64,000 nucleotides of DNA from Yuukianura sp. NJ FZ-2021 (Eukaryota). Location of the stretch: NCBI GenBank assembly GCA_046563655.1, contig CM102290.1, forward strand, positions 13,640,001 to 13,704,000, given 5' to 3'. Made by a program: the position numbers and the translations under genes. Shown in pieces: positions 53,976 to 64,000 of this stretch. Position 1 is the first letter of the stretch. The number at the start of each line of letters is the position of its first letter. Below the pieces are notes generated by a model. It worked only from the letters and a program-made list of their open reading frames with translations, was not told the DNA's origin and made no database searches.

Positions 53976-55902
53976 CTGACACTGGGAACACTGTCTGAAT
54001 CCGTTCAACTGGCAGGAAACGATTGGAAACAACTTATGATGACAACAGACTACATTCCTAACCTAACCAACTCCTCCTCTTCCTGTTCTCATTTGAATTT
54101 GGACAAATTTCCACTCCAACGTGCCAGCCCGGGAAAAAAAAGAGAGAGAATTTGAGTGTAATTCGGCCTCTGCTTCCCGCCCAGTTTCAATTTCCCTCTG
54201 CCGCCTTTCCAGTCAAGTGGAGCTGCCGTAAAACTAAATAGTCGAATTAATTAATTGAAATAGTTGAATAAACCATGAAGGGGAAGTGCTTTGGGGAAGA
54301 AATTGACTCTTTAGTCTAACGAGAACAGAACGAGGGACGTAACCTGAAACTCGAGACGTTTGGAATTGAAATCTTACACTGCCGCTTCCACTTTCCAACT
54401 TTCCTGGACAGAAACTAGAGACGGGGGGCCCTTCAAGTGCTCCTCTCCACAACTTACAACAAAAAACCCTTAAAAAACGGTTCCTTGTTATCTAATTCAG
54501 GCTTTAGCCAACCAAAAAGTCTACTACCCTTAACAAAATTACTTGGAGCCAAGCTTTCCCTTTGTTGAATGCGGATATTTATTTCCTCCGTCTTATCTTG
54601 TCCCAACAGAAACTCTTCTATGGAAAGTAAATGCAGCAGAACAATCGTTTATAGGGTTAGACAAAAAAACACTAACAATTTCTAACGCTAACCGCTGCCT
54701 TAAGGCACAGCCGAATCTTGGAACAACTTTTGATCAATTTTGTTCTAAATTTTGAAATTTTGATAGAATTTAGGAAAGTTTCAGTTTTTGAGTAGATTTG
54801 ACAGGCGGATTTAAGTCGGTCATCTCTGCGTCACTAATTTAATCCAATAGTTTTAACCGGACTCACGGAATTATGGATTTAGGATGCGTAAGAAGCTTTT
54901 CAGACTAAGCGTTAAAAGCCGCTGAGCAATTAATAAAGCCCGCCATTGTAAAAATGTCAACGTACAAAACGGTCGAAACGATAAAAATTTTCGTAAACAT
55001 TGCGCAACTGAAAAATTAAAACTAAATTTCAAAGTAAAATAGGAGCACAAATCTCTAACGTCACATTTCCTCTTACACTTCTCAACATGCGAGCCAATGT
55101 CACGATTCAACAAAAAACTACAATCTTTTGTTTCTGTTTTGTTGCCAAACTTTACTAACACGAATCTGAAGTCAAACTGCAAAAGAAAAACTTTTTCAGC
55201 CCCAAAATCAAACGAGTTAGGCATTCTCTCAATCTTTTGTACCGATTTTTTTGTCGTTTTTATTCTTTGGCCATTTTTGTGTAGGCACTTATGACCTGCT
55301 ACTGTTGAAGCCGCCGAGGAAGCAGTGGACTGAATAAGGGGAAGTGAAAATGCTTTCACTTTTCCATTAACCAACCAACAAAAAATTGGCTGGGGTTAGG
55401 CCTCCCAAAAAAAACTTGTCCTTTGGTGTTAGGCTCAGAAAAAAAAAGAGAAAGTGGTGAAGATCCATGGCAGAAAGTGGATCAATAGTAATAAAAAAAT
55501 GCAACTACTCTGGAGATCAGACTACACCAACATCACACACACTACCGAGTCACTACACTTTTCACCAACACCCAACTCACATCAAAACGGGAACCATCAA
55601 TCATATCTCCCTTATTCAAGTCACCCTGCCACGTCCTCTGAATATAAACGCCGCATGCAAAAGAATCAACACACCAAACCAAGGAACATGTTTACTTTGT
55701 CCTCTCCTCACACTGTCCCCCCACCAAAACGAGGCTTTCCAGGTATGGCATATAAAATCTAAAATTCAGAACAGGATAATTTAACACAGACGGCAACGCA
55801 AGGTTCTTTGACAACGAAATTCTATTTTCTACAACAGGTTATCCAATAACCTTAGGGTTTTAAAAAAATTCAGAAAAGGATAATTTACCACAGACGGCAA
55901 CC

Positions 55903-56222
55903 CAAGGTTCCTTGACAAGGGAATTGTATTTCCTACAACAGGTTGTCCAATAACTCAGGGTTTGTAAAAATATTGCATCAAACAACTCTTAGCACCAATA
56001 ATTTTGTTTTTATATTTTCCCCATTTTTTTTTCAAACTTTGAACACTTGAAATCGCATAGGAATAAAAATAAAATGTACAAAAAAAAATTCAAAAATTGT
56101 CATAGAAATGGAGGCGAAGTTTAACCCGTTTGGTTTTTGAAATTTTTTGCAAAAAATTGAAAAAGCCGAGTTATTGGACAACCTTGCGTAGAAAAAAAAC
56201 ATTTTCTTGTTTACGAACCTTG
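55903..56222 (-). mobile_element. CAAGG-terminal MITE family B, inverted orientation
   Basis: Perfect 8-bp TSD cggcaacc; reverse complement of the 36193 copy. Confidence 0.92.
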
Positions 56223-56291
56223 CGGCAACCTTTCACCGTAGATCCAACTCTGATCCTTCAACCGCCCCCAAAAAATACCATAATGTCATAT

Positions 56292-57126
56292 TAGGGTGCG
56301 TTTAGTTTCAATTGAATTTTAATAAGTTATTGTTTCTCAAGTCTCACCGTCTAAAAACGTTACGCTATAGTAAGAAAAAAATCCGTTAAATTTTCAGAAT
56401 TTTTGGTCAACCCTGAGTGGTGCCGCAGGGGCTCGTAGGATTTACACCAAATTTCGAGTGAAAATTGACCAGGGACTAGGAATTCCTTTCTGCCGAAGCG
56501 CCTTGTCGATGGATTCGGCTCCAATTTTCTACAGCGCTTCCTAAGGTGTACAGGCACAACTTTTATATATCGTGATTAAAGTTCATGGAAACAGTTTGAC
56601 CTCCAGAGGTCAACATTAGTCGTGCAGGAACCCCTTCAAATGATACTCTATTTTAATTGCGCAGTCAGGATATTTCCAAATGGAAATTTACGTTGCAGCA
56701 TTTTTAACGGTTATTTGAACTTTGGGAGTTAGTAACTCACAATGGTATTCCGATTTTCACCGGTTAAACAATTTCTGTTGATTTAACATTGAAGCAGTTC
56801 CGAGAAGATTAGACCTTGATCTTTGAGAGTCACACCGTTGGGATAACCCCTAAAAACCATATACAAAAGTTGTTCCGATGGACCTAAAGAAGCGCTGTAG
56901 AAACTTTCAGCCCAATCCATCGACTTTGAGCTTGCCCAGAAGCGGAATCCGGGTTCCTGACAAACCTTTATTTGAAATTTCGTGTAAAACGCACAAGCCC
57001 GTGCGGCACCACTTAGGCTTGACCAAAAAATTTGAAATTTTAACCGATTTTTTCTCTCATATAATGGAACGTTTTTAAGAGGTGAGACATTTGAAAATTG
57101 TTACTTGCGTATCAAGACGCACCCTA
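56292..57126. mobile_element. Mutator/foldback-like non-autonomous element with ~300-bp imperfect TIRs
   Basis: Ends tagggtgcgt/acgcacccta; 9-bp TSD atgtcatat; arms ~56340-56620 and ~56810-57090 are reverse-complementary. Confidence 0.9.
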
Positions 57127-57865
57127 ATGTCATATGCACAACGAACAACACTCCAGAGTATCGTCCTTCCCTTGTCAATTTTGAACCTTGACAGCCAGGA
57201 ATAACCGATCTCTGTCACTTACAAATTAGACTTACTACCGGAAACCACAAACTGCTCAGTTCACATACTGTAAAACAAGGTTGTCCAGCCTTAAAAATGA
57301 ATTATTCAGTTAACCCTGTCCAGCTCAAGTTCCACCTTAACATCCACATTAGAGTCGAGAGAAAGCCAGGGAATTGAGAGGATGGATGGACACAGAGAAG
57401 AGATGAGCTCAGGTGGAACATCCAGCACAAAGTCCCATAAACCCCGAATCTCAAATATGGAAACATAAACGATTTGTCACATTGCCTCATGCCTAGGCAA
57501 TGAATTTCCACTCCCACCACCGTCGCACAACCTTGGCAGCCCTCATGAATCTCTCTCTGATCTCTCTCCTACAATGCCATCTGACCTCCTGCTTCCCATG
57601 GTAGGCTGAACAATAAAATGGATTAATGAGTCCCACCAACTTCCATTACCTCAAATGGTTACGTTTGGACAGGCCACAAAGGTTACAACTGTAGAAGAGA
57701 ATTATTGGCAATTAAGAAGCGGAGGCTGTCAATGCACTCCGTTTACTTTCTCCACAGAAAGGCAATAGATCCATCTAACCACTCCATGGACTCAGACATT
57801 CCCTCACTACAACCAAATACAGTCAAGCCCCTCATTCCGCAACACTCTTCCCAGCCCAACCAAAA

Positions 57866-57962
57866 CAGCTCAATGGTTAGAGCTCTTCCCGGATTAAAGC
57901 GATGTGGGTTCGAGTCCCCCTTGGTTCATTAATTTTTTTTTCTGGCTTATCCTTTGTTTCTC
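57866..57962 (+). mobile_element. tRNA-derived SINE
   Basis: CAGCTCAATGG...GGTTCGAGTCCC, T-run and partial body. Confidence 0.78.
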
Positions 57963-59749
57963 CTTTATCCCTGCTACTAGTGTAGTTGGAAACTTTAGCT
58001 TAAAACACAATTTGGAACTTTACAGTAACAAGCGAAAAATTTTTTCTGTTGCGCAATGAGGGGTTTTACTGTATAAGTCTTTGTTCAACTCGACGATTCG
58101 TCTTCACAATTCCCATCGGTATTTCGAAAAAAAATGGACCAATTTTCTTTTCCTTCCAAATTTTAGTTTTGAATTTTTGACCAATTGAGAGAGAACTAAA
58201 TTCGTTAAGTAGTGGACTCAAAGTGTAAAATCTTTTAAGGCAGAAGGAAAAATGTGCAAGAGAAAGAGTGGGAGTGGAGGTAGTGGTTGGTTTTCTGGTG
58301 GTGGCAGGGAGACTATTGTAGATTTATAAGGAGGAGTGGATTTCACGTAATTTGGCACTGGTTTCTGCGTAACATCAAACAGGAGATGTCAGGGCATGAA
58401 TGAATCAAGGGGAAAGTGAAATAAAGGGGAGCAGCCAACTAAAAACCTTCTTTCTTTCTCTTTCGCTCCCAAGTCATTATGGGAACGTCGTACATAATTT
58501 ATAGCAAGTCAAGGAAACACAATAACATCGTCAGAATTTTAACAAATGATACATGTATTGTTTGCTAAACTTACCCATAAATTTCATTAGCCCACCCCAG
58601 CCAACAGAGGCTCCAAAACAAACTGGGAGGAAGAATGGGAACGGGAGAAAGCCTTTCTTTACAAAGTGTACCAAGAACTACCAAAGAATAGCCATAAGAG
58701 GTAGAAAGGCCAAACTAATGCACCCCCACGTCATAGAGTTTTTATGAATAGGTTTAGATATGGAACCAATCAGGCTCTATGAGTCTGAATCCAACCGCCA
58801 ATCAAATCGTACGAGTCTGAGTCCGTATATCACGATATATCCGGTGATGGCGGGAAGAGAAATCACTCCACATTACACCTAAGCTATACCAGCGGTCACC
58901 CCACTGAAAACCCCACTCATCCAAATCTCACGGCTTCGGCGAAACTCGTGAGGCCGAGTAATCATCGGAGAGGGGGGGGGGAGCTGAGGGGAAGAGAAAG
59001 TATTCATAAACACTTTTCTCCACCCTTTGGCCTTTCTACCTCTTATGGCTATTCTTTGAAGAACTACTATAATCCCTTCCGGACTAATTCAAAACCAGTA
59101 CGAAAGTCTTTCTGCGTCCCTTGTCCTCTATTATCATATCATCCACTCAATGATTAATCTCTCATCCTCATTACTCCCTCGAGACACGCCGCAAATAGAC
59201 AAACACAATTTGGCACACAGCTTTTCACTAAATTCAAATACGACAATTTAAAAAACAAACTTGGACTTTTTGGAAAATTGACCAAACTTTGTTCAACTAC
59301 GGTATAAGTTTGTTTGGGTCCACGTCGATACCTAAAAAATACCTAAGCCGAAAACACATCAACACAAAACACGTCAGCACGAAATTCATCAGCACAAAAC
59401 ACATATGCAATGGATGTACACAACAAACTCATCAGCAGAAGAGGTATCAAGAGAAAACAGGTCAGTAGCGAATACCAGCAGAAAACATATCAATCAACAG
59501 CAAACAAATCAGCAACAAAAACTTAAGTAATGCGTGTTGTTCACAAACTTATCGGCAGAAAACATATCAGCAGCACAAGTACGTAAGCAGTGTAATTCCG
59601 TCAGCAATATTTCTACAAAATTAAGGTAAAATGAATCAAACTCAAATGTAATAATTACATTTGTTACATAGTTTGACTAAAATTTGGCAACTAAAGAGAA
59701 AACACTGTTAAATAGAACAAAGAGCAGCATAATATAACACAACAATTTG

Positions 59750-59962
59750 TATGGACAGTTTCTGCACAGTTCTGGACAGCTGCTGTTTTAGACAGTTTAT
59801 GCACAGTTCTGGACAGTTTCTGTACAGTTTCTTTACAGTTCCTGTACAGTTTCTGGAGAGTTCTGGACAGTTTCTGCAGTTTCTGGACAGTTTCTGCATA
59901 GTTCTGGACAGTTTCTGCAGCTTCTGGACAGTTTCTGCACAGTTCTGGAGAGTTTCTGGACA
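59750..59962. repeat. Minisatellite (ctggacagttt/ctgcacagtt)n
   Basis: Alternating 10-11 bp units. Confidence 0.92.
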
Positions 59963-59999
59963 TTTGGAAACACATGGTGTAAAAAATTTGGACAAAAAA

Positions 60000-61052
60000 G
60001 TGAATTTTTAAAAATTTGGACACGTCAAAAAGATAGAGAACAGGTCAATGTTTCACGAGACCGACATTTCAAGACGGTAGAGTACGCGTGAATCCTCGGC
60101 AAGCCAAATATATCCAAAAGTTGAATTTCAGCTGAATTTTTCAAAATTCCAAATCCTCAAAAAGTAAGTGTACAAGTGAATTTTTAAAAATTTGGACACG
60201 TCCAAAAGTTAGAGAACAGGTCAATTTTTCACGAGACCGACATTTCAAGACTTTAGAGTACGCGTGAATCCTCGGCAAGCCAAATATATCCAAAAGTTGA
60301 ATTTCAGCTGAATTTTTCAAAATTCCAAATCCTCAAAAAGTAAGTGTACAAGTGAATTTTTAAAAATTTGGACACGTCCAAAAGTTAGAGAACAGGTCAA
60401 TTTTTCACGAGACCGACATTTCAAGACGGTAGAGTACGCGTGAATCCTCGGCAAGCCAAATATATCCAAAAGTTGAATTTCAGCTGAATTTTTCAAAATT
60501 CCAAATCCTCAAAAAGTAAGTGTACAAGTGAATTTTTAAAAATTTGGACACGTCAAAAAGTTAGAGAACAGGTCAATTTTTCACGAGACCGACATTTCAA
60601 GACTTTAGAGTACGCGTGAATCCTCGGCAAGCCAAATATATCCAAAAGTTGAATTTCAGCTGAATTTTTCAAAATTCCAAATCCTCAAAAAGTAAGTGTA
60701 CAAGTGAATTTTTAAAAATTTGGACACGTCAAAAAGTTAGAGAACAGGTCAATTTTTCACGAGACCGACATTTCAAGACTTTAGAGTACGCGTGAATCCT
60801 CGGCAAGCCAAATATATCCAAAAGTTGAATTTCAGCTGAATTTTTCAAAATTCCAAATCCTCAAAAAGTAAGTGTACAAGTGAATTTTTAAAAATTTGGA
60901 CACGTCCAAAAGTTAGAGAACAGGTCAATTTTTCACGAGACCGACATTTCAAGACGGTAGAGTACGCGTGAATCCTCGGCAAGGCAAATATATCCAAAAG
61001 TTGAATTTCAGCTGAATTTTTCAAAATTCCAATTCCTCAAAAAGTAAGTGTG
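60000..61052. repeat. 176-bp tandem satellite, 6 near-identical copies
   Basis: gtgaatttttaaaaatttggacacgtc at 60000, 60176, 60352, 60528, 60704 and 60880. Confidence 0.97.
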
Positions 61053-61918
61053 CGAGAACTTTTTAACTTTTGCAATAATAACTACAGATTTCAATTGGAA
61101 CGGACAGACCGACAATATTTTTCATGCATTAGCACTTTCACTTCGAATCAACAAATGGAATTACATTATTTTCTTGGCAACGATATACGCCCTTTTACGT
61201 CTAAGCCCCTCAATTTAATTCCGTTATCTTTCCTGTTGATACATTTTCTGCTGATGTGTTTTGCTCTGGTGCTGATGTATTTTTTTTTGAAGTAATAGCC
61301 TACTTGGCTCAGTTTGAAATGATACACAAATCAATTCAACTTCAAAGGTAGACAATTATCAAAACTATATTTAAGAAAGTGTTGCCTTCTGGATTTTTCC
61401 TTTTTGCAATTTTGCAAATTGGATTTCACTAGGAAGTGAAGGGGGGAGTGAGAAGTACAAGGAACGGTTTAGAAGTAACTTTCTCCCACAGTACTACAAC
61501 TCCTGCAATTTCTTCAAGTTTGCCTAAACTAGTCACGTAAGAAAAAAGTTTCGTTTTTCTTTCTTCCTAAAAGGAAACTTTACAGAACCTTAGTCCCCAA
61601 CACAGTAATGGGAGGACAAAGTGTAAATGGCGTAGCAAGTACTCCAATTCCCAACAACATACGGCCCTGTCGACTCTACCAACACAGTCCAAACTAAGAC
61701 ATTTTCAACAGAAAAAGAAAAAGCAAGACGAATCAGGTGTTGATTCGTTCCTGCAAACTCTCGCCTCTCTCCGCCATCAATCACCTCTCCCAAAAAAAAA
61801 CGTTCTCCCAAATTAACACACAAGAAATGTCAAGAGTTCTCACAAAAACTAAAAAAAAAAAAACTAACGTAAGTTGTGGCAAATAAACATCAATTTCCCT
61901 ACAGGGAACCCACCCTCC

Positions 61919-62368
61919 ACTTACGAGGGAAACCTTTTGACGTGATCTCGAAATTTTGAATGTAATAATTACAGTCATATTCTGCATGTCAAAAGAAAAT
62001 TTTTTGCAGTAGTTTCAGTTGCCAACGGCAAAAAAAAGATATACCCCGACCCGGACTCGATCCCATGGCCCCCACGTCAGAGGAATGAGAAAAAAAAATT
62101 CATGTCGAATTTTTTAAATAGAAAACATGTTTAGGATATTTTTTCATACAATCTGGGCGTTTTCTGATGAAGAATTCGACAAAAAATATTTTTGATTTTT
62201 ACTCTGGTGTGGGTGTGGCTACGCGTTCGAGTCCAGGTCGGGATACATTTTTTATTTGGCGTTGACAACCGAAACTACTGCAGAAAATTTTCTTTTAACA
62301 TGCAGAATATGACTGTAATTTTTAAATTCAAAATTTCGAGATCACGTCAAAAGGTTTCCCTCGTTAGT
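61919..62368. mobile_element. MITE with ~150-bp TIRs, superfamily unassigned
   Basis: acgagggaaaccttttgacgtgatctcgaaattttgaat and its exact reverse complement; no clear TSD. Confidence 0.88.
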
Positions 62369-63294
62369 CCACTAAAACAAACTTTCTCCCGCCAAAATAA
62401 GAAGGAAAATGATTTGGATTTAAAAAAACGGAATTTTTTATTAACTGATTATAAACGGAAAAAGTGGATCGGAAATGGATTCTGATTTTTCCTCCTCTTT
62501 TCCTGTCACCGTGTCAAATCAAACTCAAGTACGGAGTGTACCTCAAAGAAGAAGGAAGGAAATGGAAAAAAATTATTGCAAGTGAAAGTCATTTGAGTAT
62601 GTCAGTCAGTCTCAGAAGTAGTGAACAGCAAATTGAGAAGGGAAAACAAATTGATGTGAATGTTCTGACTGGAAGAGAGAGTGGAACTAGACTTCCCAGT
62701 TACAACCTTTACAGTATACAAGTCAGTTGTTGTGAAAGTCCTTGGCGCACTTTTCAAAAAAACCTTCGGTTCACTTGGTAGTACTTGTGACTTCAAAAAA
62801 CCACTGCAAACTTCCAGTTCAAAAACGGAGCAAAAATACATTTATTTTCATTTTTTCCTCTACTCTACAGTCTGCCGCTATTTCCGTGAATGTTGGTTAG
62901 TGAAGTCTGAGAGGAAGCTTTACTTTGTGCGACTCCTAAGGAATGTGCTCCTTTCTTTTCTCAATTCCATCTGCCTCTCTCGGGATATAAGAAAAGAGAG
63001 ACGAGGACACGGCGTGAGTGGGATTTGTCATCGAACAAGCTTTTTTTTCGGAGACTTAACTTGACTGGCCTTAGGAGTTAAACTACTCTCAAGCATTGTG
63101 TAACCTACTACTGCCCAACCCACTATAACACTAAAAGTTGTAACTATACTTTCACTCCTTTCACACACAGACTCAAACTCCACAATGTTACAATGTAACT
63201 AACTTCCAAACACACAAATTGGTTCAAATATAAATCCAGTTGTAACCCGGAGTGTACAAAAGTAGCCAAAGATTAGCGTAACCTTTGTAGCTTA

Positions 63295-63435
63295 CTGAGG
63301 ATAAAACTGGTTGACCTTGACCTTTGACTCAGAAGAAGTTGACCAACCGAGACGATATTAAATAGTGAATATACCCGGGTCACTAGGTGTCTACGGGCAA
63401 AAACAGATTGACAGACAGACAGACAGACAAGGTCG
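63295..63435. mobile_element. DINE-1/HINE-like fragment
   Basis: ttgaccttgacctttgac plus (gaca)n. Confidence 0.5.
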
Positions 63436-64000
63436 ATACATGCAGTAGCTTTCGATACTTCAGAAGAAAGTCTAACTTTCACTTCCTCGTGAATCCAAGC
63501 ATTATCAATTATCCGAATTTTGATGTAAGTAATGTTGTTGCTTGGCAACAGTTCAAAAACCAAGGTCCGTCTTTCCTCTCAAGGTTCACTCTCTGCTTTC
63601 CGGTTAGACAAAAAAGAATCCATATAAGTGTGAACGGAAGTTCCGGTAGATGAATCAATAGCTCAATCAGATCTAAACATTATTTGACGTTCCCCCTCTC
63701 CTACGTGTGTCAGTTGACAAGGGAGTGGTGAAAATGTAATAAAATCACAAAACAATAGTTATTGGATCCTGGATACGACAGGGAGAAAGGGATCTGTTGT
63801 GAGTCGCGGTTTCACAGTGCGGTCGCCGTGTTTCATCTCAGCCTAACCTAACAGTGTGCAACCCAATTAACATTGGCACATCTCCTCTCCACCTCCGATT
63901 ACTTTTCAATCAATATTCTCCCTTTTATTACCCTGACCACAAAGAACGCCCACGGCATCACCCTGTCCATTCTTTTCAATCAAAATAATTTTGTCATCTC

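Noticed and set aside
54871..55374. 167-aa minus-strand ORF and the other intronic ORFs in the track
   Set aside because: Mostly non-ATG starts, F/L/K-biased composition expected from AT-rich non-coding DNA, no recognisable motifs.
56360..57078. Two similar ORFs on opposite strands
   Set aside because: Mirror images from the inverted arms of a foldback element; not transposase-like.
59691..60023. Repetitive ORFs on both strands
   Set aside because: Minisatellite translation.
61590..61823. ORF containing YVVGN, checked as RRM1 RNP2
   Set aside because: Context does not match TLYVGNL or an RRM; no supporting splice sites.

Overview
AT-rich eukaryotic DNA, probably from an arthropod-like invertebrate (inferred from the protein and repeat types). 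The only protein-coding gene I can support is a multi-exon TIA-1/TIAR (nucleolysin; Rox8/trivet-like) RNA-binding protein gene on the minus strand, about 2.0-31.7 kb. I rebuilt it by hand from GT-AG junctions whose phases all match; most exons are too short to appear in the ORF track. It encodes RRM2, RRM3 and a Q/G/Y-rich prion-like tail. Two alternative upstream exons can splice in frame to RRM2: an RRM1 C-terminal exon (31665-31722) and a Met/Pro-rich leader exon (26098-26242). There is also a frame-symmetric Q/N-rich exon (2437-2538) and two possible C-termini. The rest of RRM1 was not found in the 32 kb upstream. The remainder is intronic/intergenic and dense with non-autonomous elements: MITEs with perfect 8-10 bp target-site duplications (TSDs), tRNA-derived SINEs, DINE/HINE-like fragments, minisatellites, and 318-bp and 176-bp tandem arrays. 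No prokaryotic features, CRISPR arrays, rRNA or intact transposase ORFs were seen.
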